NCBI RefSeq assembly: GCF_027921745.1
Contig: NC_079238.1
Span: 186,001-250,000, forward strand
DNA length: 64,000 bases
Direction: 5' to 3'
Source: Schizosaccharomyces osmophilus
Taxonomy: Eukaryota
Shown piece after piece: positions 23,065 to 35,444 of the stretch. Under the pieces are notes generated by a model. It was not told the origin of the DNA. It did not search any database and worked only from the letters and a program-made list of their open reading frames with translations. Numbering within the stretch: the stretch's first letter is position 1; the number at the start of each line of letters is the position of its first letter. The translations under genes and the position numbers were made by a program.

Positions 23065-23949
23065 CTAAACACGACCAGCAGCAGCGACCTTGGCGTTGAA
23101 ACGCTCCTTGCGCTCCTCGCCAGTAAGCTTTCTTTGCGTGTACTTGAGGGATTCGGCCTTGATAGCAGAAAGGTCCTTGTCGCTCTTCTTGGGAGTGGGA
23201 TCTTCACGGATCTTGGAGAAAGCCTCAGCATAGATATCTTCAAGTTGGTCACTCTCAATACCATCAGCAATCAAGCTAGAGAATTGCTTTTGGAAACGCT
23301 CTTCATCATCATCAATAAGCATTTCCATGTACTCAGCAACGTGACCACCGTAGATGTACTTGCGGACAGTCTCGTCATCCAATTCCTCAGATTCAATGTC
23401 GTAACCAGGGAAACGGCTAGGAGAGTGAGGAACGTATAAACCACCATCAGAGGCACCCTTCATGGCACCGAAGACACGAGAACCAGTAGAGGTACGCTTC
23501 AAACCAACATCCAAGAAGACCTTGAAGGGGCGAGGACCATCCTCCATGGCTTCGGTGAGTTCAAATTGACCCTCGGGTTCAGTGATACCCTCGTACTTGT
23601 CAGCAAGGCCAATCTTGATGAGAGCACGACGAGCGACCAAAAGACCGGTAGCATAAGCAGCGGACCAGTTAGCCAAACCCCACTTGATACCGTAGCGGGG
23701 AAGCTCAGAAGAGTGAGCAGCAGCAAGAACATAGTCACCGGTAACTCTAGAAGAGATAACTTGGCAGGTCACGAAACGGTTGGAGAAACGGACAACCAAA
23801 CGGTACTTGGGAGCATTGTACTTGTTCTTAGCTTGAGAAATCAAGCGCTTACGAGCATAGTAGTCAGTCTTACCTTCACGACGACGACGATACTTAGTTT
23901 GAAAGCGTGAAAAGTAAGGGCTGCTCTTGACCTGCTTAACGAAAGCCAT
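23065..23949 (-). CDS. rpl5: 60S ribosomal protein L5 (uL18)
   Basis: YFSRFQTKYRRRREGKTDYYARKRL and FGAMKGASDGGL; strong codon bias; intronless. Confidence 0.98.
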   Translation of the reverse strand: MAFVKQVKSSPYFSRFQTKYRRRREGKTDYYARKRLISQAKNKYNAPKYRLVVRFSNRFVTCQVISSRVTGDYVLAAAHSSELPRYGIKWGLANWSAAYATGLLVARRALIKIGLADKYEGITEPEGQFELTEAMEDGPRPFKVFLDVGLKRTSTGSRVFGAMKGASDGGLYVPHSPSRFPGYDIESEELDDETVRKYIYGGHVAEYMEMLIDDDEERFQKQFSSLIADGIESDQLEDIYAEAFSKIREDPTPKKSDKDLSAIKAESLKYTQRKLTGEERKERFNAKVAAAGRV

Positions 23950-24012
23950 TTCTGTAGACGGAGAATTTGACGCTTTCAGTGTCTTACACTTTTTGTCGAG
24001 GGCTTCTAATAG

Positions 24013-24038
24013 CAGTCACAACAAAACAGCCCTAACCT
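24013..24038 (-). promoter_or_regulatory. Homol D (TGTGACTG on the rpl5 strand) plus Homol E-like element (AGGTTAGGGC) in the rpl5/pus4 divergent promoter
   Basis: CAGTCACA at 24013-24020 and GCCCTAACCT at 24029-24038 (two mismatches to ACCCTACCCT), 64-90 nt upstream of the rpl5 ATG. Confidence 0.75.
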
Positions 24039-24168
24039 AATAACCAACGAAAACAGTAATGCGAGCCGGAGTGCAGTTCGTAAAATCAAGGCTGCAGCGT
24101 TTTGCCCTTTATAGAAAATAAAAATCATTTCTCTCGGTGTAAGTCAGAGACATTGTCTTGCTTACAGT

Positions 24169-25414
24169 ATGAAGGGAGGACTCATTGCTATTAATAAACC
24201 GTCTGGGAAATCTTCAGCTCAATGCTTAAATGGTACGGAATGATCGTTAGACAAGTTAACTGTCGGACAAGCAGTGAACCCTTCCTGTCTGTACAGGGAT
24301 TTCTAAGGCTTTCAGAACGAGTTTACTAAACAAATATTTTATAGAAATTAAGGCAATTATATCTAAGAGCGAATTGGCGAAATTCTTTCAATCAGACCCT
24401 CCTCATCCTAATGATAAAAATAGCAAACGCAAGAAGTGGAAACGGAACGACATTAAGATAGGTCATGGCGGTACTCTCGATCCTTTAGCATCAGGAGTTT
24501 TAGTTGTTGGTCTAGGCATTGGAACAAAACAGTTACCAACACTATTATCTTGTGTGAAAACGTACAAGGCCACCTGCTTATTTGGATGTTCCACCAATAC
24601 TTACGATTCATCCGGAAAAATCATCCGCGTTGCTACAAAAATTCCTAGCAAGGAAGAAGTTGCAGATGGCTTAGCAGCATTTCGCGGTGATATCCTTCAG
24701 CTCCCTCCATTGTATTCCGCTTTGCATATACAAGGAAAACGCTTGTATGAATATGCCCGGGAAGGACTACCCCTTCCTGAAGCTGTGAAACCTCGTCCCA
24801 TGAAATGTGACCACCTTGAACTTGTGGAATTTCACGAAAAAGGTCAGCATAGCTATAACGATCCTGATGTGTTTGCAAGCAAAGAAGAAATAGAATCAGA
24901 AGAACTCTTACGCCCGGTTTCTGATTTTGAAAAGAAAGAGGCCGTAAATAATTCAGAAATTGCTAAGGAAAATGATTCTCCTCAAGAAAGCAAAGATGAT
25001 TTCCAGCAAAAATCCTCTGTTGAAGATGCTCCTGCTGTCAAGTCTGCTTCTGACGAAAGTGTTCCAAAAACAGAAGAAAAGGATGACCAAACAAGCAAAA
25101 ATGAACCAAAGGGTAAGAAAAGAAAGTTAGAGGTTACTGATTTAGAACGTGGTTCACGCCCTCCAATTGGTCCTTCTGCGGTTTTGGATATGAGCGTTTC
25201 TTCAGGATTTTATGTCAGATCTGTAATACACGACCTTGCCCACCATATTGGAAGTGAAGCCCATATGGTGGATTTAATTCGTACTCAACAAGGTGATTTC
25301 GTCTTGGACGGGGATGCTTGTTTCGAGTTTGAAGAGTTTCAATCTGCCGGTTGGGAGCAAAAATTGGCCTCTTTATTAAAACTCGATCTCGACATAGAAA
25401 ACAAAGAAAATTGA
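24169..25414 (+). CDS. pus4: tRNA pseudouridine-55 synthase (TruB family); 2 exons (24169-24232, 24345-25414)
   Basis: MKGGLIAINKPSGKSS (exon 1), KIGHGGTLDPLASGVL, QLPPLYSAL, VSSGFYVRS; intron 24233-24344. Confidence 0.93.
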
Positions 25415-25512
25415 GTTATAAATAAAATTTTTTGAAAGAAGTAATCGTAAATTACTTTTTGAATAAATAGTTATAAACAGTCAAGGGTCCGCAAATCTAA
25501 ATCAATTAGTGC

Positions 25513-27583
25513 CTACGGTTTCCGTACATATGCCTTGAACTCCTTCAAACGTCCAATTTTTCCTGGATTTGATAAATAGTTTTGTAACTGATCCTTCCGT
25601 TTTGTCGTCTTCTTTCCATAAATTAGTCTAGTGATCATATCAGCAGCACCACCAGCTTTCAAGGTCTTTTCATCAAAAGGAACCTTTTTGCTTTTAAGTA
25701 TTTCCTTCTGGGAATCATAAGCGGGCTTTTTTCTCCAGGCAGCGTTTCTTAAAATCAAAGCAGGTGGTAACTTGTAGCGTTCGGCATAATTGTCGGCTCC
25801 TCGGATTGCCAAGGCAAGGCTATTGATATTGGTTCCTACTACTTTCTTTCTATTATAAGTATATTGGCCTAAAATTTGCTTTTCGTAAGCGATTACACTA
25901 TAATTTCCAGAGTCAATGTCAGTATCGACGACAAGTGCTCCTGATTTCGTTGACAGAGCATAGCGATTCATTCTCAAAGGTACCCAAGCATTACGTGAGA
26001 TTGAATATATATTCTGGTCGTTCTTTTCCATATCCTTCAATAACTCAGAAAGCTGTCGAGCTTTTCTATAGTGAAGAATGCTATGAATACCAGCTGTTCC
26101 AGGGTCATAGTCTGCAATTTCCGAGCTGGCCTCATTTATCTTCTTTGGTTCAGAGAGTGAATCAAATTCAATAATTCCGGAAAGGGTGGGTTGCAAATGA
26201 AGAGGAACGCGATTAAAAGAATTGCAAAAATCCAAGACTAAGCAATCTTCTTTACCAGGAGATAGGCGTAAACCTCTTCCAATCATCTGCGTCAATAAAT
26301 TAGGAGAGTTTGTAGGTCGAGCAATAATAAGGCAATCAATATTAGGAATATCAGCACCTTCGGTTAATACCATGCAGTTTACAAGTACGGGAAACTTTTT
26401 CTCTCGAAATTTTTGTACTAAACTTTTCCTTTCATCTGAATTAGTGTGACCGGATAGAACCTTAGCATCAATTCCTAATGTTCGAAAAGCATTACAAACT
26501 TTCAGCGAGTGCTCTACTGTTGTACAAAAAACAAGCGTCGAAGAGCGGGTTTCTACTTCGGTTAGTGCTATTCCAATTATAGCTAATTAAAACTAAAGTT
26601 GTTGACTTACTGGCATGTTGTATCCAAGCCTGAGGAATCTGAAAAATGGCAGATTTTGACTGAACTTCACGCTCAAACGCTTCGCGATCATCACGATCCG
26701 TTGATTCTGCTAAATTCAAGTTCGGTGACCAGTTTATTCCAATTACTTTTTGTTGAACTAACCTTATCAATTGTCAGTAAAGCTCAATAGAACGGAGACA
26801 TTGATACTTACCACTTTTCACCTATCATATCAACAAAATGTCTATAAGTGTTAGCGAACTTCATAATAAATCACAATACCTATGGTACACAATCTCGTCA
26901 ACACCTTTACTAAGCGACCTTCCATCCGCACGATAAAATGTTGCTGTGAGACCAACTAAGTAGACTTTTGAATTTGCTTCATCTGCCCCAAAATGTCTCA
27001 AAACCCGAAGGTAGGTAGGAGCTGCCAAATGATGAACTTCATCAACAATAACTAGTTTAAAATTTTCCGGGTTATATTTTTGTAATCGATCTCCTTTTAG
27101 TGACATAGGAGATGCCACAGTAATGGGAGCCTTGCCAGTAGCATGCTGTGAGCCCATGTCGATTTCAACGTTCTACCAAAATTAGCATGAGGATCAAGAA
27201 TAAAATTGAACTTACCTCCTTTTTAAAACTTTCTAAACAGACCGCATACGCTTGCTGAGCAAGTTCTCTTCGATGCACAAGGATTAAACATTGATTCGCA
27301 TTAGTTCTTAATTCCGGTGTCTTTTGAATGAGATGAGGGAAAAGAGCCTTTCGTATATATTAATAACATAGTAAGTAATATGTAAACTTACGGTCTTGCC
27401 AGATCCTGTAGCCAAAGATATGCCAACCCTTTTCTTCCCTGCTTTGAATGCCCTACAGCAGGATTCAATGCATTCTTCTTGATACGGACGAAGAACTTTT
27501 CCAAAAGTACGAATCGTATATACTCGTTTAGGTAGGAGTAGCTGTAATGACCACGGTGCTAAACTCTTATGGAAAATGAACAT
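25513..27583 (-). CDS. irc3: Mitochondrial SF2 DExH helicase Irc3-like; 6 exons (27392-27583, 27216-27347, 26880-27172, 26812-26841, 26611-26762, 25513-26552)
   Basis: [15 protein letters not shown] (Walker A), [24 protein letters not shown] and QMIGRGLR; five introns restore the frame. Confidence 0.88.
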
Positions 27584-28091
27584 AGTCACTCCTAGTAGCC
27601 GAGCTTTTCTATAAATATAAATATAAATATAAATATTTAAATAAATTTATAAATAAGACGCGATCCTTATTGGGAAGAAGAAATAGCTGAGAGGTATAAT
27701 TAAGAGCGGGCTATAGTTTACACTGAATCGTTCAATTCAAAAGAATACTGTATTTACGCTCTCAATATTGATCAAAAAAATAACTCCATCATCATTTAGA
27801 GTGATAGTCTTATTTAATTTATATGAGGAAGGTAAAACGCAGGAGCTATGCTTATTGTGTGGGCTAGTCTGCTGGAGAAATGTTATACTTCAATAAAAGC
27901 AGAGATTGAAAGAAGGTGACATTGGTATTAAAAGTAAAATGCAATAACTTTTAACAATTGTTAGAAACTAAAACATTGTTGTTGTACGCTTTAAATGAGA
28001 ATCATCATATTATATACACATAACTTAAGTAACTTTAGTAACTTTTATCCCAGAACTAATATACAATCTTCAAAATTTATATAAAAACCCT

Positions 28092-30710
28092 CTAAAAACC
28101 ACTCCTTTTCTTCTTCTTTTTTTGTCTCGCTCCAAACTTGCCCGTCACGACCTGAGACATAACCGGTGTAGCCTGACTTGAAAATTCAGGAAAGGATGAT
28201 GACTGTGACGGAGGAAGAACATCTTCGGATTGTACTGTGGCAATCTGACTAGAAGGAAGAACGAACGATGACAATGAAGGCTCACTAAACTCCAGAGTTT
28301 GGCTGGTTACTGGCTCAGATATATCAACGGCTGAATCACCAATGTTGTACGTAGTATTGACTTTCCCTAAAGTCCATCCTTTTAGTATTTCACTCGCATC
28401 CTCATGTAGTTTCACAAGCTGTTTGGTTTGAAAAGGTGAAATGAAGGACAGCTCAACATTTTGAAAAGACTCAAGGCTTACATCTGCAGAGGAACCAGGA
28501 AGCAGCTTAGCAAATCCAATTGAAGATATCAAAACATAATTGGTTATGTGATGCAGAGCATTAAGTCGTAAATCAACCACTGATTTAAAATTCGCATCTG
28601 AAGCTAGTGGAGTAATCCAAACTTTGGATAGATTCTTCGAGAGTTCTTTGGCATGCGAACCGTCAGTGGTGTTCATTGGGAGTCTCAAATTTGAGATATA
28701 TGGAAAGTACCCAGGAATGACAGTACCTTTAATGTATTTCACAACATCATCCAATCCCTCAAATTGAGTAGACAGTATTTTATTTTGCAATAAATCGGAC
28801 AAAGTCAATATCAATTCGTTCGGTAGTGTTCGATTAACTTGCAAATCGTTTTGTAATAAAGTGGATAAGTCATTTAAGGAAATTAATTTTGGATCTTTTG
28901 CCTCAGAGATTAGCCAATTTTGTAACCTCTTGATGGAAGGATGGACGACATATGCTTTGTAAAATTCTGCTTCTTCTTCAACGTTATCCAACTCTACTTT
29001 TTCCTCATCATTTAGATTCAAGTACTTTAAAGATGCCAAAAATCGTGTCGAATCATTCACTTCCTCTAACTCATAAATTTCCGAAGAACTTTTTTCACAG
29101 AGTAGGTTTATAGCCAGGGAACCATCAGATCGATGTACAATTACTGACCAAAAAGGTGAGTCAACGTACGAACTTTGGGTAGATTGATCCTCTTCAGAAT
29201 CAATGAAATAACATGGTTGCATAGCTAATGATTGTATAGGAACCTGAATATCATGCAAAAGTAGAAAAGGTGGTCCAGAGGAAACAGCAAGCGTTCTATC
29301 CCTGGAAAAATGAAATTCCTGAATAATTCCATTTAACCTTGAAAACACTGACACATAAATACTATCGATAAAAGCGTTGAAGACTTTTAATTGAAGAGTA
29401 GGATCACGGCTACGATGATGTTTCCAAACCAACAAAGATTGAAGGGGCTGCTGAAGATCCATCCATATGACAGAATCTGTAGTTAGGATAAAGAATTCGG
29501 ACGCTACGTGCAGCACCTCCGATGAGACTTGCAAGATATGCGAATTTTCTTCACATTTATACAAAAGACGCGGAGCTGAAGGGTTCGATGGAAGGAAATG
29601 TACAACGGCTTTGTCATTTGCTAGCAATAGTCCAAAGGAGCTACCTTCCCAAATTATTCTATACCTGCTTTCAGAAGAGGTTGATGTCTTTCGTTGATCC
29701 TTATCGTTGCTTTTACTAGCAAGTGTAGAACTAGATAAAGCAACTTCATAATTGGCCTGAAAAGTACCTGATAAATACTCACGGTAACCATCTTCTAGTA
29801 TTTGCCATATTTTCCAATTTCCTGACACGGATATGGTAGCAAAAAGGGAAGGATCAGAGGGGTGCGAAGACATATGGGCAAAGGCATCGGAGTCATAAAC
29901 ATCCTTCGCATAAATAAAACGTAAGGGAATTGCAGAAATAAAAGCAGGTGAATCATCTTGCTCCAAAAAAAGGATGTGATAACTGATTTTGAACAAAACA
30001 ACTTCCGTGGCTGTTAGGACATAAAGAAGGGAAGATGCTTGAGGCCCAAACATAACCTGCAAGATTGGTTCCTGAAATTTCCATGAAGGATACGGGTGTA
30101 AATGAAAAGCCGGAACATGTAAAGGGAAGGGATGTGATTCCATACCCAGGGCAGACTGTAATTTCGGGGTCGCCTGGAACATCCAAGTAGACGGTTTGCA
30201 GAGGTAGAGAAAATGATTGCCCTCATCATGCTGATTTTGTATAAAAGAAAAACACCGCGTAGGAAGAAACCGACTCTGTGGTGTAGGAGGAAGGACTCCA
30301 ATAGCCGATGTGTTGATGACTGATGGGTCAAACACCTTGCCCGCTTCCGTTGTAAGATGCGATTCTCGGCTTAAAGGGTACAAAACCTCATGGGGAATAT
30401 AGTGAAAAATCCCGTCTGTACGGATTGCATCGTTTGCACTTGACGCCAGCGAAGTAGCTTCACCAGAAAGACTTTCAACGTTTAGAAACTTGTAATTAGG
30501 ATCTCCTGGTAATATCTTCCATATATATCTTGTTGGAACAAATTCAATTCCCGTAGAAGAGGGAAAACGCGTAAAAGCCCATTTATTCTGATCAACTGTT
30601 TCAGCGCGATGAGTTCCGGTAGGGTCCAGTAATAGACCAGCACCAATTAAACCATAGTCTAATGAAATAAAAAAAGTGTTGTGGATCGCATCAATAGGCC
30701 ATGTTGACAT
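28092..30710 (-). CDS. rrn6: RNA polymerase I core factor subunit Rrn6-like
   Basis: Long ORF, likely start MSTWPID; WKHHRSRDPTLQL and C-terminal MSQVVTGKFGARQKKKKKRSGF typical of fungal Rrn6; synteny with irc3/nem1. Confidence 0.8.
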   Translation of the reverse strand: MSTWPIDAIHNTFFISLDYGLIGAGLLLDPTGTHRAETVDQNKWAFTRFPSSTGIEFVPTRYIWKILPGDPNYKFLNVESLSGEATSLASSANDAIRTDGIFHYIPHEVLYPLSRESHLTTEAGKVFDPSVINTSAIGVLPPTPQSRFLPTRCFSFIQNQHDEGNHFLYLCKPSTWMFQATPKLQSALGMESHPFPLHVPAFHLHPYPSWKFQEPILQVMFGPQASSLLYVLTATEVVLFKISYHILFLEQDDSPAFISAIPLRFIYAKDVYDSDAFAHMSSHPSDPSLFATISVSGNWKIWQILEDGYREYLSGTFQANYEVALSSSTLASKSNDKDQRKTSTSSESRYRIIWEGSSFGLLLANDKAVVHFLPSNPSAPRLLYKCEENSHILQVSSEVLHVASEFFILTTDSVIWMDLQQPLQSLLVWKHHRSRDPTLQLKVFNAFIDSIYVSVFSRLNGIIQEFHFSRDRTLAVSSGPPFLLLHDIQVPIQSLAMQPCYFIDSEEDQSTQSSYVDSPFWSVIVHRSDGSLAINLLCEKSSSEIYELEEVNDSTRFLASLKYLNLNDEEKVELDNVEEEAEFYKAYVVHPSIKRLQNWLISEAKDPKLISLNDLSTLLQNDLQVNRTLPNELILTLSDLLQNKILSTQFEGLDDVVKYIKGTVIPGYFPYISNLRLPMNTTDGSHAKELSKNLSKVWITPLASDANFKSVVDLRLNALHHITNYVLISSIGFAKLLPGSSADVSLESFQNVELSFISPFQTKQLVKLHEDASEILKGWTLGKVNTTYNIGDSAVDISEPVTSQTLEFSEPSLSSFVLPSSQIATVQSEDVLPPSQSSSFPEFSSQATPVMSQVVTGKFGARQKKKKKRSGF

Positions 30711-31339
30711 GGAGGTCAGTGTTCTTTTTGTGTGAGCACTGCTCAAATACAAAAGGGTATTTAGTTTCAGAAAACTCAGAAATGGGTAACAGCAAAAAAC
30801 GAAGTGACATAAACAAAAACGTAAATAAAGTGAGTTTTGTTTCGTGTCGCCTTTTGTGCTTCAATTCTCAATTTTGAAGCAAAGTATATTTAGATTCCAA
30901 ACTGTAACTTCAAGAATGCTTATCGTTTGCTTTTTTTCTTCTGTCCACCGTTTTTTCTCGTTTTTGTATCATCTTACATTAAAATGATGTTGCCTTTTCA
31001 ATATGTAAAGATCGCTAGTCATTTACGAGCTATTTTCTGGTTTTTATTTATTATTTTGTTTTTTTGTTAGAAGAAATAAACCATCGTTAATGAAGCCGTG
31101 AATTTCCAAAGTCGCCAACTGTTACTTTCGTCCTGTTTTAGATGTATGCTGCTTCTGCTCATCACCATATAAGTCGTACCACTGGTGAATGACGACCAGT
31201 TTCATGTTATATTCTGCTCTAAGCCAAAAGGTATTTTGGAACGGATTGTTTTGTATATTAAATTAGTTCTGGATTGTGAAAGTTCTGTAGTATTGACACT
31301 TGAATCAATACTACAACTGCATGGTTGGAATCCCTTGGA

Positions 31340-32743
31340 ATGAATTCGATTGCAAAAATCTCAGATGAAATTAACAAAGCAATTCTTGCTACGCCTGTAG
31401 AAAATTTGTCAAAAAACGAGAAAAGCCATGCATTTCAGGCGCAAGGTCAAGAAGACGAATATCACGCTCAACTGGAGGAGGAAACGCCTATTGAAAACAT
31501 TGTAAAGTATCCACAGTATACCAAAACAAAACTACGAAAGGAATCCAATGATGAAGAGGCTTCTGCACAGGTTCGGCATGCCAATATTATGCGAGTGATT
31601 GCATACTGGCTTCGTATATGTTTGAAGCGGACTTGTACGTTGTTTTTCCATGCGTTAAAGACATTGTTAATTCAGTTTATCAATGAAAATAAAAAAGTGA
31701 CTTTCTTGAGCTTTCTTTGGGGCCTTTGTCGTATCATCTTCTTTCCTGCCTTTTATACTATCAGACGTCGTCAAAGAACACTTAGTAGTCGACCTAAGCG
31801 CCCAAAGATGTATTCATCTTACTCAGCTCCATCTTTTCTTCAAGGCCGTCATCCACACTTTCGTTCCGAGTCCAACGTTCTTTCCCATAGCACACCTCTC
31901 ATCCCTCACTTACTTCCTGACTCGATAGCTGAAGAAGATATTGTTACCGTTTCTGATCCCGCAAGTCCTCTTCCAGAAGAATTACCATCGAAAATTATCG
32001 GTCATAACACTCAAGGTCCTGCTAATGGTCAAAGTTCATTATCTTGCTTCTCTTCGTCTTCCTCCTCTTCATCATCTTTGCGCCGTCCCAATGTTTCTGC
32101 GTCGTTTACTATAGTTAACGATCCATATAAGTCGCCATCTGCATCACATATGCGTATCCGCAACATAACTCTTTGTGCCGATAGAATTCCAAGGCCTTTG
32201 CTCTCTAATAAGCTTCCAAAAAAGACTTTAGTGCTTGACTTGGACGAGACCTTGATCCATTCTGTTTCTCGAGGTAGTAGAACTACCTCTGGCCAGCCGG
32301 TTGAAGTACATGTTCCTGGCGAGCATCCAATTTTGTACTATATACACAAACGGCCCCACCTAGATTACTTTCTCGCCAATGTCAGTGAGTGGTTTCATTT
32401 GGTCTTGTTTACGGCTTCCGTACAACCTTATGCGGATCCCATAATCGATTTTCTGGAGCGAGACAAAAAGCTCTTTGTTGAACGATATTATCGTCAGCAC
32501 TGCACGCTTGTGGATAGCTCTTTTGTTAAAGACATAAGTATATGTAAAATTCATTTGTCTCGTATCATGATAATCGACAACTCCCCTGCCAGCTATAACA
32601 TTCATAAAGAGAATGCTATTCCGGTGGAGGGTTGGATTAGCGATCCTTCCGACGTTGATCTACTGAATTTATTGTCTTTCTTATATGCTTTGCAATACGT
32701 TCAAGATGTCCGTGCTCTTCTTAGGCTTCGACTTGCCAAGTAA
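31340..32743 (+). CDS. nem1: Nem1 (CTDNEP1/Dullard) HAD-family phosphatase, catalytic subunit of Nem1-Spo7
   Basis: KKTLVLDLDETLIHS (DxDxT), FTASVQPYADP, IIDNSP; N-terminal hydrophobic segment. Confidence 0.9.
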   Translation: MNSIAKISDEINKAILATPVENLSKNEKSHAFQAQGQEDEYHAQLEEETPIENIVKYPQYTKTKLRKESNDEEASAQVRHANIMRVIAYWLRICLKRTCTLFFHALKTLLIQFINENKKVTFLSFLWGLCRIIFFPAFYTIRRRQRTLSSRPKRPKMYSSYSAPSFLQGRHPHFRSESNVLSHSTPLIPHLLPDSIAEEDIVTVSDPASPLPEELPSKIIGHNTQGPANGQSSLSCFSSSSSSSSSLRRPNVSASFTIVNDPYKSPSASHMRIRNITLCADRIPRPLLSNKLPKKTLVLDLDETLIHSVSRGSRTTSGQPVEVHVPGEHPILYYIHKRPHLDYFLANVSEWFHLVLFTASVQPYADPIIDFLERDKKLFVERYYRQHCTLVDSSFVKDISICKIHLSRIMIIDNSPASYNIHKENAIPVEGWISDPSDVDLLNLLSFLYALQYVQDVRALLRLRLAK

Positions 32744-33307
32744 TGGTTTTTTATTTTAACGATATCTTGAATTCATTGGCGTTTCCTTCCGTTTTGGTTA
32801 TTTTAATTTTACTTTCTTTTTCTTGTTTATAATCTAAGCTCTGATTTTTTTTTAGAAAGCTTAATTACCCTGCCTACTTTTATGTTTTGAACATATGATC
32901 GTTTACTACTATTAGCATTAATTTATATAATGGAAATATTCCTTAGGCAAAAAATTGTAAATCTTCTTGAAACCTGCTTTGTAAATTACTGTATAGTAAT
33001 TAATCATATATAATAAGCTTTTTCTAAATTCTGTATGAAATAGACAGTAACTTGGTAGAAAATGAATAACAGAAAATGACCCTTGTTTCCCTATCTTTAC
33101 AATTTAAAAAAGGTAACGATTAAATAATCTATGACTTTATATGAAGGGTGCAAAATGATTATTATTATTTACTCAGATATATGCAACATGTATCAAAAAA
33201 AGAAAGTTATACCAATTTAAAAACCCTATTTTTATTAAGTATAACTCAGACTGTCCCAAAAACCAACATTAACCAAACATTGAATTTTTCCAAAATTCAA
33301 ATCAAAC

Positions 33308-35137
33308 CTATTGGAATTTAATACTTTTAACAAGGCCTGCCTTGATACCAGTTTCTTCACCACCATAGCCATGCTTGGGAGGACCTTTGAAAATGGCCTT
33401 TTTGCTACCAAGCTTCTTCTTCGCCTTCTCGTAACGCATACGTTTCTTAAGACGAGGATTCCGATTCTCTTTCGGTCTACGAGGAGTAAGACCTCGATTT
33501 GTGGCAATATCCCTAGTAATTCCACGTTTATCTCCCTCACCAAGTTCAAAGAGTTCAGGGTATCTTGAGGCCCGTACCAAATCACGGTCATAGTCGTGTT
33601 CCTCTTTTCTTTTGCGTTTCTCACTCTTGGATTGAGATGACACAGAGTTATAATAATCTAAAGCATCTTGATCGGCGAAATCGGCTTCTCGATCCTTATT
33701 AGCGAGCACGCCTTCATTTTCAGGATCTTCTTCATCCAAATCAGCACCTTGAGCCTGATCTTGTCCACGTGCCGCAGCCTCTCGTAATAAGCGTTGGCGG
33801 CGCTCATAAAGACGTTCCTTGTAGGGAACATCAACGTCACCAGAAAGGTCTGTTTGAGCTCTGGATCGCTTAGCTGCTTTTTGGTCGATTTGGTTGGCGT
33901 AAAACCTAAGAGAACGTCGTTTCGCAGCTTTCTCCTCGGCATCCATTGAGTCCAACATAAGACCTTCACCATAGTCGTCGACATTATTGACTGGCTTTTG
34001 AACACCCTTAGCCTTTGCCTCTCGAAATTTAGATGTGATATCGTCTTCCTCACCTTCATTTTTCTCGTTTGCGGAAGAAGCTTCCCCTTCATTATCTATT
34101 TGCTCTTCATCATCATATTCCTCCGCAGAGTCACCCATATCAGATGCAATATCATCTTCCTCAGGCGCTTCGGGTGTTAAGTCTTCCAAATGATCGTTCG
34201 TTGCTTGCTCCTCGGGAGATTCAGGCTTGGATACTTGAACATCATCAAGGTCGCGGAAGGACTCCCAAGTTTGCTTACAGCGAACAAGATCAGTCATAAT
34301 TGGATGATTTTTAACATCTTCTTCACCACCACGCAGAAGAGCAAAATAGAATGTAAGAAAAGCAATATAGGCTCCCAAAGCGTTTACCTGAGCTTGAAGG
34401 AGAGGAGTAGGTGCAGTGTCTAATTTTTCTTTCAATTCTTTGTACGAAGGTTTCAAATCCTTGTATTCTTCCAAGAAGAGCTCAAACTCTGGATTTTTGG
34501 TACGTAGGATCTTTAGTAACTCTGGCCGAGGCATCTCTGGAGAAATCTTTTGGTCAAGCTGTTCAATCGCAGCTATGCTGTCTTCTAATTGAGAAGACTC
34601 AACCTTTGACTTATCGGCCCATTGACTTATATCGTCAACAGCATCTTCTTCAGTCAACTTTTCAAGACGCTTCCTCTGAAGACGAAGAGCTTCTTGTTCC
34701 TCCATACGAGCGTCAAACTCTTCATCATCTTCGTCATAGTTTTCATTGTCGTAATCATCGCCTCCGTAGTAGGATTTGGCAGAACGTCCCCAACCCTTCT
34801 CATCCAAAGCTTCCTCTTCATCAGCCGGTCCCTTCCTTTGGCCAGTTAATTCGTCTTCATCAGAAGTAGCACCTTCCACACCTTGCTCGGCCTCTTCATC
34901 ACTAGAACCTTCTAAACCGAGTACTTCCTCATCACTAAGACTCATTTGATCATCATCTGCGTTCTTTTTTGAGCCGCCATCAAAGAGAATTTTGTCTTGT
35001 GATTTGTAAAACTCGTCTTCAGAATCCGCAACATCGTCGTACGTACGAATGGCATCCACTTTTTCTCGTTCATCTATAGGTTGTTCATTCTTTGGTTGAT
35101 TTTTTACAGAATTGCTTCTGGATTTTTTTTTACCCAT
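33308..35137 (-). CDS. utp3: SSU processome subunit Sas10/Utp3
   Basis: Acidic N-terminus; [14 protein letters not shown]-terminal Sas10 domain [35 protein letters not shown]. Confidence 0.92.
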   Translation of the reverse strand: MGKKKSRSNSVKNQPKNEQPIDEREKVDAIRTYDDVADSEDEFYKSQDKILFDGGSKKNADDDQMSLSDEEVLGLEGSSDEEAEQGVEGATSDEDELTGQRKGPADEEEALDEKGWGRSAKSYYGGDDYDNENYDEDDEEFDARMEEQEALRLQRKRLEKLTEEDAVDDISQWADKSKVESSQLEDSIAAIEQLDQKISPEMPRPELLKILRTKNPEFELFLEEYKDLKPSYKELKEKLDTAPTPLLQAQVNALGAYIAFLTFYFALLRGGEEDVKNHPIMTDLVRCKQTWESFRDLDDVQVSKPESPEEQATNDHLEDLTPEAPEEDDIASDMGDSAEEYDDEEQIDNEGEASSANEKNEGEEDDITSKFREAKAKGVQKPVNNVDDYGEGLMLDSMDAEEKAAKRRSLRFYANQIDQKAAKRSRAQTDLSGDVDVPYKERLYERRQRLLREAAARGQDQAQGADLDEEDPENEGVLANKDREADFADQDALDYYNSVSSQSKSEKRKRKEEHDYDRDLVRASRYPELFELGEGDKRGITRDIATNRGLTPRRPKENRNPRLKKRMRYEKAKKKLGSKKAIFKGPPKHGYGGEETGIKAGLVKSIKFQ

Positions 35138-35444
35138 TGTTGTAGGCAAAAGGATGGATTGACTTGGTAATTATAAATGCTTGTATTTCCTTAGTACGTT
35201 GTAGTATATAACGCGTTAGCGACTGTTACGTTAATAAATAAAATTGAAAAGGAAAAATACAGTAAGAAATACAAATGCGAAGAAGTTGTATACGAATATG
35301 TCTTCTAAATTGCAGCGAAATGGTTAAATTTTCATGTTTTGTACTGCTTATATAGTACTTACCAAGAAAAATACTGTGGTGCGAATGATGTGGAAAAGAA
35401 GGCATTCCTAAATCATAATTCTATTTTTCTTCTAGATTGATAAA

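Noticed and set aside
23011..23910. Antisense ORFs (142 and 114 aa) opposite rpl5, and similar ones opposite rpl32, lys9, ptr2 and the phosphate transporter
   Set aside because: Shadow ORFs expected from codon bias of the real genes; no recognisable domains.
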